From the NCBI GenBank assembly GCA_023665555.1, contig JAMPDR010000002.1, positions 2,837 through 66,836 of the forward strand: a stretch of 64,000 nt of DNA. The letters are read 5' to 3'. Under the pieces are notes generated by a model. It ran no database searches, was not told where the DNA came from, and was given only the letters and a program-made list of their open reading frames with translations. This DNA comes from Ruminococcus sp. (lineage in GTDB: Bacteria > Bacillota > Clostridia > Oscillospirales > Acutalibacteraceae). A program made the translations under genes and the position numbers. Position 1 is the stretch's first letter; every line of letters begins with the position of its first letter. Positions 24,001 to 26,948 of the stretch are shown one piece after another.

Positions 24001-25084
24001 CATCCTTGACATTCTGAAGCTTGGCGGCGGAAACGGCTATGATTATGCAATCATCCCGCTCCTTGAGGCATTCGGCATCGAAGCTAAGGACATCAAGACA
24101 TTTGATGAATACAAAGCAAGCGTTGAAAAGGATGATTCAGAACTTCTTGGTTATATCCTTGAGAAGATCGCAATCTTCGCTGACCAACTCCTTGATAAAC
24201 CTGTTGACACACTTCTTACGATACTTCCGAATGTTGCATACTTCATTTCTAACGAAGGTGTATACCTTGTAGTAAGAAATCTCGTTGCACCTATCTTCGC
24301 AATCGTTGATGTATTTGCTCAGGCATATGGAATTGATATCGCCGGCATGCTTAACATTTCCAAGCTGCTTCACAATATCAATATCGGACTTGATATACTT
24401 GGTGCAAAGTTCAATATCACGATTCCTGAAATCGACTTCTTGAAACTCGCACAGCAGGGCGGTTCATCAACTAAGGAAGTTGACACAGCTCGCTCATATG
24501 CAGCCGGCTCATACAATGTTCCGACAGATCCGTTTGTGGTTCGTAAGGATACTCCGAATAAGCTTACACAGACATACGTTGTATCCGATAAGGGCGATAC
24601 GCTTACACTTGTTCTCACATGGTTGCTTGAAATGTTTGGTGACCAGGACAACAGAGATGGAATTGTTAACTGGCTTGCAGATGTATTCATGCTTTCAAGC
24701 GGTGCAAAACAAGTACTTGCTTACGGTATCAACTCAATGTTCGATGTATGCACGAAATATGATGTACCCGATATCATCGTTGCATCATTGTTCGAAATCT
24801 TCGGAATCGGTATCAGAATCGACACCGCATTCTCCGGTGACGTTCAGAAACTCCAGAAGATTTGGGAAGATATCTTCGATGCTCTCGGTTCAAACGAATA
24901 TTGTGTATACTGCGGTATTGCTAAGGTAATGGAAGAGTTGACAGGAACATGGAACAAGACCATCGGTAGTTCGGATGACTATCATGATGCAGTTGACGAG
25001 GCTGGCGAAACCCTCAACTGGTTCCAGAGATTCTTCCAGAAGATCAAGGAATTCTTCCAGAAGATATTCAGCATCTTCAAGTAA
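2..25084 (+). CDS. Giant repetitive protein, at least 8344 aa (5' end outside window; the frame is already open from nt 2). About 15 tandem paralogous modules. Function unknown.
   Basis: Uninterrupted ORF of 25 kb in AT-rich DNA, with no comparable ORF in any other frame. Recurrent motifs: (D/N)AKTW(K/A)DV, YTY/EYYS, NWGV, L..LL.PL...LL.G, G(N)GY(N/D)YAI(I/V)PLLEAFG(V/L), YFI(A/G)(S/N)(D/N)G and NLLAPV..LL. Ends with the unique tail ...NEYCVYCGIAKV...NWFQRFFQKIKEFFQKIFSIFK, followed by a rho-independent terminator. Confidence 0.85.
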   Translation, partial: SAVDDDVEGTWHITNRMGLYKSFAALMGPLSAILAVLLTGEGKSVNGALGGIDISITINNAGDALYDRLFVPLYTLLGIDNFHTKAEIFDATETGTVAGDCKAIVGKNLPSNDYRYGVLLWDYILGPIMDWLENELFVNPIQTILNILPNLLGMLEYDQLLPKLNNLAVSISVLGISVYTLNVSEIVLPLLEQNGINLNGGIKGILASLLTAKATTSYPGIGTGVLMATETDATGAKVASKTRAATYSYGGRTYWFTNIGLLTQTLYTALGDGVLTWLFTDPDTKNNTISNGAEGVCPLTLPVNRFMAAGTVKETQFKTGYASNDTSSQTLTFYDIKVDPGDSLLTLFRWLLDDGTLYIIKPLLDGIIAPSDDGTSILDTVFPILDGQADTLMAVLICLLNEYNVGYIEYSDPVKAGDFIRLGYLGSGNTPQFVLGKYLEETLADTGIAGTTNATEAQKLAKADLAVENIDKIINSLLPMIVSLLSDILDQYGFGEVATQVKNGELTTIPQILSAIFIDNDFLNIVMGLLVGTGETKEDGTVDNGLLGGLLGDPDSIITRLLGSLAEFGIDITPKGFYNAAISGAGSDTNIARWLARQAAKHNNITVSANVNVSPSLTQKKVQEYLGEMTWGDIKFEEGFRWFNENSDIRTNLSNFFNFLMHLLTPLNPLLSLLLCGEDITLADELTIRGNEGYSRAIVPILEAFGLNDACMYQDEFNQYVFGSTTVNKNGNRFATMIKSPLEPLFNAITNLLLGSGTDKGLLDAPVSVLLAKLPNIAYFLYEYETTDKNGNVTTTNNLSIAIQNLIAPVLQLLDIVDPILSRVINLDIGGMLDEFLDMEKMLNNLLSGLLNNSGEDDSEIVVTHLLDFGRIAADSASTVVTGAASKRARNATFTIFNGSAGKTLITLLRNIVSPDLAVMAGELIEGLINRNGPQNAEEVESMERIQKIINSIVKNLNDSGLDGAAKIDIITGILIDLLTDYTPGAKIEYFYEKMNYADSQLQSLKEEAINEYQIKHSGYDWESTKDKFTKDKVEDAIENIDYVIQKAVPDVIAALMDEGVLNLPLEVDYTTGSGLWALVQSIVNNNLFKDDMMTTIANLFIGLLGSGNASTIDMVLSIVKAAGFDITTGAFLYKSDGKTPTALYSYMMYGFDAGTASINSNGVATVRKNGEPMELTWSAIYENHAEAAYKYDEDGNLVLDKDGNAVLAVEQTTNEAGETVDKTEDILDENGEVIGTKPVYAKQLIASGYDRVMDGSNYVYTYTDETGAEKEYKSEYAQLKQFTVGEGDDAKTYSLKAKYDTTKANWSWGVDAVTGNSVQNTFANKKEKFLDDVWEVLSPFAPLFSMLLAGDGLKLFNGGLNLEGGLGYENVFLPLLNAFGLDAILDYVNTAVDVDGNKIADTLNEGKAEKDKLPTSLMSPAEYYSHVYKDGKLDKDGMGDAVKIIINYVFNFLEILLTCPVSTLSTALPTLAYFIYGDGLTTLVSNLLIPITTLTDRLKEIINLDLNALGAGLVDMLATGSWESFQEALQSYVTVDEETGDVIVNEIEAKSFTDSLLSFIGSIEFDLSGILAPKDVEITEENKAEYMHSLVLFLDPDAEAEAKAFIAEEKTDEARKVRGDAVKNFFKSIAALGDPIEGGERVAIDNKGQVKVSKAEILMFILDFAFQNTTLKEVLGGVLGYDISDENGDDAELLDQIITNVFNNPDVLVEVIVDLLTTYNVKDQIKVNYTPIERETHAEFYEDAGYTEDDIIEAVQKGEDVSELSRIKTSAAIDNLDKLVGTILNLFKEQLTTQDDPATPDKDETGLLAKIGLTANDDITLKAAVDALLKNFLYKDETLNSLMSMLVNALGSDSMSQMVNIIVSILEGAGYSLTPQTFANNVPALKDIIGDAKKWSQVANANLEFVYSYKDGENTVNLYSKNENETEIDGHAVTPVYKQATDKDGNALWEDEDQTIPTYSTTREKSARIHATWNITNREEFINTVWSLIKPLASIFEVLLTGGNLTIYEKVNIRGLKGYDGVILPLFNALAISKLNYAKKDADGNAVPYLTTFYDTYEKFDEAVYGADGVRGNDDDNLKLLITTLTDAIFAFVDSLCDRPISTIATILPYLAHFIESDGLDVILENLLAPVTTITEKISVIYNIDLLKMLKDMLRNLVKSSNAEAGASTVSYDDPSMQAAPVAMIAAYALNIIEENETGISDGSTTLTESFMQNAVAPALNDELEPQKEEAHDADFKFVDIIFDIIANVQINGVALSSIVSDTLFTDLASCAWLPEHDGLPASYVLEVTINDDRRSGTIDRIEAAQYTVDRETVLLKVLDWVVFNDGVRDLVGGLIGADFSQMADLTEEDQNYLLTVLLFGVFEDATAVERLVIDLLSWYKVEYNPLRTDKDYTEFEHATPIDYEEIGIDKTQLEKLPEDLDSLVSAIVPAVMNFLPEGALGSIKLEGTSMEDIVHNLVVGLLADSTETVDGKEVIKEGYATTIVALLVNLLGGNETIGTILPLIKEIAPGVDVTLAYFKQASPAFAEYFKDCDTWADAYEAHKVKVKYDAETATKDENGDPIVPAQDKDGYIYNTAAPVYVLDEDGNKVPATTDSATVKVGETTYYTSAGTGDVIEGAYVVKTDANGIVYEYQYEVKLENADSFGIKSYNDVLALLGDILTPFAPVLRLLLTEDNLVLLDGITITAGDGYDRFIVPLFEVFGVPGVTDKNSLKDLDDGEFVDKVIADINSIITMIVTSPIQTIVDALPQLMFYIYSEGLAQGIEQFIAPAITLVDMVNDITAKKVKAEGKEFVALDIYGLITDLINDKVMVPLDLEPISDLYGLINAFLTADGLENLLAKAIAKTEADKNTTIDLGFDIHGLFKMIIAKCCTIGDVETVRYFGAETHQNGTRTVKGVTANRADTIIQIICETILGGDMIKNLLNSFGVNTEGTIDTILAAITGPENKYVLIKVLLKYFNEYDVETMLMEYLSFEKVDYIYNEYVSGTAFSQRKLRRAIKKFDGSVMNAIPGLIPLLEENETFAALLNKIGGYNGQSLKDLVHEILEAYAFNDQMMSTITGLLVGLLGSDDLGATLSTVLPLVDNIVGIDLTPAGFAEKTSSTALAAYLNEAIAAAPKTDKVLDENGAPVLDEDGNETTAEHVVTWSDIADYYEYYEYIYNVVTENKTTNDNGEEVITYSYETVSMYSKDADLGGTAVEGVDGKTWFAYEQAKDEDGNLLWKDEANGIPKAATVEDADGNTTKVRRTVVNYRNADENAYNWGIDSASGFEAKKDAFIDIIAGVVTPLEPILNFLLRGDDIGILKDENNSNAVLTLKGNEGYENAIYPLLRGLGLDQIDSTVLVAPEIYNKSSGAMTLTAITDAIFLAVDTLCDKPIEFLLTLLPSLSYFIASNGIQLVLNNLLSPVLSLLDLASPIVGSLIEDLIGKNLSPIIGNYMPPESGKEVTKENEDGTVETYKTYTIDEITGIAGENGSNLVRIVNELVGGLLIKNSENGEEAGIIQILPEDVFESYAEHTITVSSHNKDSKWYYWYQDAQGNIVKIAADDYNYNNIRADIIESRYVVDHFSVDIADSLVFLLDAVLSEDLLRVIADLAKADLTDDTNIISGVINNLIDNSGKDGGLNGLIVSNIITALFEGYEVSYAKLNGKYIETNHDAYDKLSQEQKNEVVKIPGKLDTVISEAIPVLLPILKDALATNETDIVKTIVSAVESYTEALGENEKASLNGFVYALLGDLAFSNDVVNSLVSLVVNLLGSQDIINTILPIVAAVGIDLTPQGYLAKIVDSYDENDVRVKAFKDIIGDAKTWKDVVANNTSYEYTYTTTDAEENETTVTYFGAKNLDNANIDGENVELTKVMQYAYTYVTKDADDKDVTVTVFKDKDNETEYKDGDKTYALTRVADKDVQKSELQLVADFGVKDKDTFVSALAALLNPLFEVLQVVLQGKTLTLFRSADGTYKPVDADDDSRDGTELGSGYVEIRGVNGYDQALMPLLDALGIPQSEAHKDDILSVKEFNEITSIDVMLKYVVDVVFMIVDDLTTQPIQFLSHNLASLVYFLANDGLYNLVDAILQLVNSILAMTDPLYKQNGIRIQLDILKLEGEKGLLATINNLLASTGIEITVDMLFDLAGRMGEFKTIDSKRTTADSALVDSQGNYVDANGDKLDADKILGGKITTIVGEDKYFLTGLLDFIRGGDVLGKLVDADTLDGILKDIVKSITGTDAVSNVVNILIKLFNKYLVGYLAIEDRDLTTLTKTVIDYSKRTVTKDETTNAIATLDSLIGAVTNMLGVGTLDELLSNYLYTDDIVNALIGLLIGLLGGLDSKLFDTIETVLGYVKDIIGIDIQISPEYYATLSDEFAEFIGDAKTWKEVADQYTKYGYTYVDGEDAKGNPNKVEYYSTEADLTEAEIDGKKVELSKLFSYAYTYVTGTDDNGEDIVTTVSYNVDDKKTIKVGDKEYDLVRDEKNDARVTDIICDYAWGVSAAGEGAANKTASLNAKSEKLVEIITNLLKPFDPILELILAGGTYDFATNGQYGDSLGAFKEINIMGGSGYNYAIIPLLETLGIDAIDQHAYEETIKTQGTLGYILNALLSKVNTVIEEPITFILGLIANLAYTVSKDGLTKIISNLIAPISELLKAISGVLPISITVDLRGIVESDKEVLNFYMGSDVKKNHADIGVKIDLDALSLENFVNIVIKTYASGLDIEFNTLEIAKFAAATDADGKIIIKDSAVDKLWDACTGTPGHNISGDPADTLIGLTEMILTPENIDAVLKMLNVDLSTLPEELTDIINKAIDNPSLLVDAIIKLLNGGIDVKNIQMLYKYLGSESYDYKDETGERKSTVASAIAKLDKILGNAVPQVIEILAGMDEPITLIKDIYDGLNAQDKKATLENIVNYVLNDMVFNDDMLNTIMGLLVGLLGGLDASTLDTISGIVKQIVNIDLTPAGIAAVSAANSDGKIAAFINSFADDKGNMPTWTELAKANTKYEYTYETGEKNDKDEPIKATYYGKKGETEIEIDGTQYALTPVFAEIKDADGNVTGYAKDQTTKVVLEYTWGVNDKDSFLSVVYELTAVFGSLLDFLFRGKDITILVDGLKLKGANSYDNAIVPLGKALGINGLKSGNQLATANDMLKEVINGIFGLVEDIEKAPLQTILKVLGSASFFIANNGVETTLNSLISPITSLLKVVDGIVSLDDISAIMKNYLGIGLNDITGIAGEHGEKLVTLINNTIANLKLVGPDGETFITNVLDENLFVDLSKYAVKVHDTTTEGEVTNDWDVDSTDVLMYLLKTVFSDSLLDLICSIAKMDSTQGVGAVIKGLAGKQDEVVDIIIMLLTEYAVKYSKIKQQPITKIDVTPKDPLTDENIEKALAAIDGLIPAVLGLVMGDGSSLESLINNLLKDADLGNLIMNMLVPVLASLDIDAILDYVAKLTNIKLDISPEAFAKSDKFGSELKNFIGNAKTWKEVETKYAQYVYTYNTSTDADKPNVVEYYSKNADETTIKVGTEIYTLTPVFEEDNTTRVKKMHSTFDWKLNDLNAIVNLASDILAPLDIIFKVILAGDQIIVLEDTKEDGKRGDDIRIYGGNGYNYAIIPLLEAFGVSPLTQEDYDARVEAEGSSIKYILDTIVKFVTDLLDAPVQTLLEKLANLFYFIGSDGINTIAANLLAPVNILIEEVDDVFPLAITIDLDEVGKTDGKIIATYLGEEHPGVAAGITIDVKAAKLSELINSLISSIKIGDTEIKLSLDLDWNKIAAMMAKADTTDPEGKRVVTVETKQVYTIGSITNATDSDYINIVGDKVDTFVALLQVILTQDNTEGIAKLIKSLIPSDLDPKIADIINDVLNDPDAIEKLIGIVVLILTGEYDVIDDGEFVYKVLKALTSEYDNMTGLNSAITKFDKMVGRAVPQIIAMLADTSKDEADWGILEQIASGIKDNPTLDGIVDWFLSEKVFTEETFEKLIIAVLPTMANMLTADLTKTINDLLGIDFAPQAFAKATLKSGTKTNKFVKFVGDAETWADVLAARAVEKTEFKDGKETTVYELKEFNWGVTDKDSFISKLIQVISPLEKVLSFVLMGTDLEFEIPGIKLNGGEGYKNAINPLMKALGLEDLGGTLKSASTGTEALSNIVDYVFVIVNAICEAPITTVLKVVGNLSYFIANNNVENLIKNLTAPILGIVDRASSLISRDQIDSLLKGLIGLGLTDIIEIGNNKGEKLVNLINDLLKGFIVKDQNGNEVYTINALPDDFFEKLAQYAIRNDLPEGAQVGDDAEKWHVDTAEVLMYVLSTVLNENFLKTLFKMVGLDTSEGIGETLLSMAGKENSLADILLMLLENYTVSYKRIKQADLEPENAPYFGGLDKTNTTAAIKTLDPLLVSVLGILGVGNLEDLIDGLISGADLPNMIMNLLVPVLSGLDIDAILGYVNELTNLGISSIAPTAFNDKFGSELKNFIGDAKTWKDVESQYLQYVYTYNTAKEGEEEKLVNYYSEKDNETTVTIGEGANAVTYDLTRVMIQAVGTDGKPLYEEDGKTPIYSTTEQKMEMHSVYDWKVNTKGDLANLVCDLLAPFDVVFQVLLSGKQIIAIEDKSGERADIRINGGYGYNYAIIPLLEAFGVAPLSQADYDARVKEDGSSLKYILDVLFNEIDAILASPVEQILSRVANIFYFIGSDGISNIAENLLAPVNELLKAVDNLYPIAISIDLAVKDTKDIVKTYLGTDHKDVPAGISINVSGKALSDFINGFISDININGTKLSLSLDLDWNKLAAKMAKTNADGTIAYIGTAQAYTYGECDDGKELKNISGDAADALVTILDAVLTRDNCKNIKDLVDGLLAGAELPESIKKLVNDILSDPNSIKNLVAAVILVLTGGYEVNNLDFVFKFLGTIDYNVDGLDNAIKSLDKIVLAAVPVIIDMLADTTKPEAEQSFIDKLAAGLEKDGKAVTLENIVDYLLGSMVFTNDMMATITSAIVNALAGFLTADLASTIDSLIGVNLAPTAFAETSGNKALKKYVNVTPADAEVGVTWADVLKAHQNTDADGNVTIDPIFTNAGSKDGFIGDVLDMLLPLENILAFLLTGKNLELSVEGNELLTLTAGDAYNKSLLPLILKGLGLKELGAEEKAADTANEAIGNIVEYVFKLVEELEKAPFSTIITVVANLSFFIANNDVSVAINNLVAPVLGILDALDSVISREQIDDLLKSFINLGLTDIINIADNQGANLINLINGFLGEIEITDDEGNQIYVLNALPADFFVNLAKAAIRIDDPIGNLRVGEDVIDWHTEKDDAIMYVLATVLNKDFLEILCQLLNQDPNGDLGQIIISLAGREEDLVAVILKLLNKYLVEYKAYKVPELDKINIKYSSDQTHAQLNDALSNIDSLIPAVLSLIGQDAETLGDIVYPLFVKDDIANLLVSTIVNLLAGLPSDTIDQVMGYVNELTNLKNLDISPKAFADAKFGSKLGLYIGNAKTWADVWEAHSEETTDADGNTTRVATAYNWGINTTSDLVNLVCDMLLPLDDILALLLMGGTERAAFEADGTHNGKKITAFDEINVLGGNGYNYAVIPLLELLGVKNVLTQAQYEAYVKANHGSTLKYVLDALFTRVDEILNAPIANVLDLIANLAYVIGNDSVETIVANLLAPVNNLIEAVDRLFPISISINIANIGTENDIVKTYLGQSHPGVDAGIAIALKGSDINALLSNVIGGIEVNGAPLGLNLNLNWLEIAAKGAAADGTKIKLSNSKLDTKYDIYNGSDYKNAVGDRGDSFVALLEAILTKDNLDAILKALGQDGGFGEPIDSIIDAIIKDPAKIIDVLLSLLGNGKVSYVPIQNRRIKTQHFDYSSYLLLTEANADIIAENLDGLITDILVKANLGSIKDLVATNFITNESLNKLLDLLVPVLGGETVNDVLVALAGFAENNDVGTDLDFTVGSFYKKFIDNRDYNNKKGVNIKPAADILKKAVDKNGTWADVGSFAGTNWGFEDGDIKSFARALADILKPLNSVLELLLMGEGKELNILDILKLGGGNGYDYAIIPLLEAFGIEAKDIKTFDEYKASVEKDDSELLGYILEKIAIFADQLLDKPVDTLLTILPNVAYFISNEGVYLVVRNLVAPIFAIVDVFAQAYGIDIAGMLNISKLLHNINIGLDILGAKFNITIPEIDFLKLAQQGGSSTKEVDTARSYAAGSYNVPTDPFVVRKDTPNKLTQTYVVSDKGDTLTLVLTWLLEMFGDQDNRDGIVNWLADVFMLSSGAKQVLAYGINSMFDVCTKYDVPDIIVASLFEIFGIGIRIDTAFSGDVQKLQKIWEDIFDALGSNEYCVYCGIAKVMEELTGTWNKTIGSSDDYHDAVDEAGETLNWFQRFFQKIKEFFQKIFSIFK
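13096..16377 (+). repeat. Super-repeat 1 (an A+B module pair, about 3.3 kb) inside the giant gene
   Basis: A-module starts at FIGDAKTWKEV (about nt 13096). B-module starts at MPTWTEL (about 14921). GYNYAIIPLLE motif at about 13640 and KGANSYDNAIVPLGKALG at about 15290. Confidence 0.7.
16378..19344 (+). repeat. Super-repeat 2 (A+B, about 2.97 kb)
   Basis: NAKTWKEV at 16378 and AETWADV at 18033. GGNGYNYAIIPLLEAFGV at about 16740 and NGGEGYKNAINPLMKALGL at about 18250. About 75-80% nucleotide identity to the neighbouring units by eye. Confidence 0.7.
19345..22356 (+). repeat. Super-repeat 3 (A+B, about 3.0 kb)
   Basis: DAKTWKDV at 19345 and VTWADV at 21041. GGYGYNYAIIPLLEAFGV at about 19770 and TAGDAYNKSLLPLILKGLGL at about 21250. 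Confidence 0.7.
22357..25084 (+). repeat. Super-repeat 4 (A+B-like, terminal) plus the unique C-terminal cap
   Basis: NAKTWADV at 22357 and GTWADV at 23853. GGNGYNYAVIPLLELLGV at about 22625 and GGGNGYDYAIIPLLEAFGI at about 24020. Non-repetitive sequence from about 24420 to the stop codon. Confidence 0.65.
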
Positions 25085-25109
25085 GTCAAAACAATCGGTG
25101 AAAACCGTA

Positions 25110-25146
25110 CCCCCGGCTCGAAAGAGTCGGGGGATTTTGTCTATTT
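25110..25146 (+). terminator. Rho-independent terminator of the giant gene
   Basis: Hairpin CCCCCGGCTC-GAAA-GAGTCGGGGG followed by ATTTTGTCTATTT. Confidence 0.7.
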
Positions 25147-25152
25147 GCATAT

Positions 25153-25187
25153 AAAAAAGCCATCTGTTGAGTGACAGATGGCTTTTG
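25153..25187. terminator. Bidirectional terminator shared by the convergent giant gene and the TIR-LRR gene
   Basis: A-tract, then GCCATCTGT-TGAGTG-ACAGATGGC, then TTTTG. It lies between the two convergent stop codons at 25084 and 25206. Confidence 0.7.
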
Positions 25188-25205
25188 ACGATGTTTATTA
25201 AAAGA

Positions 25206-26948
25206 TTATAATTCTTCAAACGGATTGCCGTGTTTCATGGCATATTTATGAGCGCGTGAACCTTTAGGCGCAATGATTGTTGCTGTTTCAGGAATTCCAA
25301 TTCGTTTGACATTTAAGTCCCGATTGTATATTTTTATACGTTTCAAGCCCAATCCTTCAAAAAATGTATCTTTAGCAATAGTTGTAACACTAGCAGGGAT
25401 GATTATTTCTTTGAGGAGTGGACAACCCCAAAATGCCCATTTTTCAATAGTTGTAACATTGTCAGATATTTTTATGCTTGCAAGATTATAACAACCATTG
25501 AATGCAGACTCACGAATACTTGTAACGCCATTAGGTATGTTTATGCTTGTAAGACTTTGACAATTAAAAAATACAACTTTACCGATACTTGTAACACCAT
25601 TAGGTATGTTTATACTTGTGAGGCTTTGACAATTAAAAAATGCAAAATCGCCTATATTAGTAACGCTATCAGGCATGTTTATATTTATAAGATCAGTGCA
25701 ATCAGCAAATACTAAACTCTCAATACTAGTAACGTTATCAGGTATGTTTATACTTGTAAGGCTATTACAACCATTAAATGCAGACTCACCGATACTTGTA
25801 ACGCTATTAGGAATATTAATACTTTTAAGACTGGTGCATTTTTGAAATGCATGCCCGCCAATAACTGCAATGCTATCAGGGAGAGATACGCTGACAAGAT
25901 TACTACATTCACTAAAAGCGGAAGCACCGATACTTCCTACACCAAAATCGATTGTAACTTTTTTGATGTGTTGCCGCACATTGCGCCAAGATGGTGTAAC
26001 ATACATCCCACCGCGGCCGGTAATAACAAGTTCACCGTCCTCATAAAGTCCCCATTTAAGATTAGGACCGCAACTGCCTGTAGCGATAATTTTAATGACT
26101 TCTTCTTCAACTGTTTTTGGTGGTTCTTCTTTAGTTTCAGAAGGAGCATTTTCCTTTTCCATAGAAGAAGGTTCAGTGGCTTTCTCTTCCGCTTTATCAA
26201 TAGCAGTATCTTCAACTGAATTTTCAGTTTCTTCGATAATTTTATCAACGACAAAATTAATGATTTCTTCATCAACTATTTTAGGTGGTTCTTCTTTGGT
26301 TTCAGACGGAGCATTTTCCTTTTCTATAGAAGAAGGTTCTGTGAATTTTTCTTCCGTCTTTTCAGTATCGGTATCTTCAATAAGATTTGCAGACTCGTTA
26401 ATATTTTTATCAGTGACAAAATCAGTGATTTCTTCAACAACTTTCTTGTTATCAAGATTATCTTTCAGTTCAATTTTACTGTTAATATCATTTTTAATAG
26501 CATTTTCATCCTTTTTCGGCTCTGTAGTATCTTCCTTTTCAGTTACACCGGTATAAGCAATAACAGCCTGTAAAATCTTTCTGATTTCATCCGATGATTC
26601 ATCAACTTCACGCACTGGGATAATTTGCTTGTTGTGAATGTAAAAGAAAAATGAATCATTCAGCATGACATCTTCAAGCTGAACCGTTATTATTGATTTT
26701 CTGAAAGTGAGAGCAGCAAGTTCAACTTCGCTGTCAACGGCCTCTGATTCTTGGGAATCATTAGTCAACAATAAGACAAAGCAACTGCACTCTCTTATTG
26801 CTTTGGTGATAACAGCGGCATATTTATTTCCTGCGGGTATATCATACGGCGCCATCCATGTGTCAATTTTATTCTTTATAAATAGATTTCTTATAGCATC
26901 TGCCGATGCCTGATTCTTCGTACTGTAACTTATAAATGCATATCCCAT
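25206..26948 (-). CDS. TIR-domain protein fused to a K/E-rich repeat linker and a BspA-type leucine-rich-repeat (LRR_5-like) array. No signal peptide.
   Basis: N-terminus MGYAFISYSTKNQ...W...CFVLLLTNDSQES...EL fits the bacterial TIR pattern. C-terminal half contains GSCGPNLKWGLYEDGELVITG followed by at least 8 repeats of IP(D/N)(S/G)VTSIG(E/D)xAFxxCxSLTSINIP. Confidence 0.8.
   Translation of the reverse strand: MGYAFISYSTKNQASADAIRNLFIKNKIDTWMAPYDIPAGNKYAAVITKAIRECSCFVLLLTNDSQESEAVDSEVELAALTFRKSIITVQLEDVMLNDSFFFYIHNKQIIPVREVDESSDEIRKILQAVIAYTGVTEKEDTTEPKKDENAIKNDINSKIELKDNLDNKKVVEEITDFVTDKNINESANLIEDTDTEKTEEKFTEPSSIEKENAPSETKEEPPKIVDEEIINFVVDKIIEETENSVEDTAIDKAEEKATEPSSMEKENAPSETKEEPPKTVEEEVIKIIATGSCGPNLKWGLYEDGELVITGRGGMYVTPSWRNVRQHIKKVTIDFGVGSIGASAFSECSNLVSVSLPDSIAVIGGHAFQKCTSLKSINIPNSVTSIGESAFNGCNSLTSINIPDNVTSIESLVFADCTDLININMPDSVTNIGDFAFFNCQSLTSINIPNGVTSIGKVVFFNCQSLTSINIPNGVTSIRESAFNGCYNLASIKISDNVTTIEKWAFWGCPLLKEIIIPASVTTIAKDTFFEGLGLKRIKIYNRDLNVKRIGIPETATIIAPKGSRAHKYAMKHGNPFEEL
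26098..26460. repeat. Tandem duplication of about 180 bp (two copies) inside the TIR-LRR linker
   Basis: Near-identical DNA blocks encoding TEPSS(I/M)EKENAPSETKEEPPK(I/T)V(D/E)EE. Confidence 0.75.

Noticed and set aside
1-25084. NRPS/PKS megasynthase as the identity of the giant ORF
   Set aside because: No adenylation (A3-A10), thiolation (GGHSL), condensation (HHxxxDG) or ketosynthase motifs anywhere. The repeats are Leu-rich solenoid-like modules, not catalytic domains.
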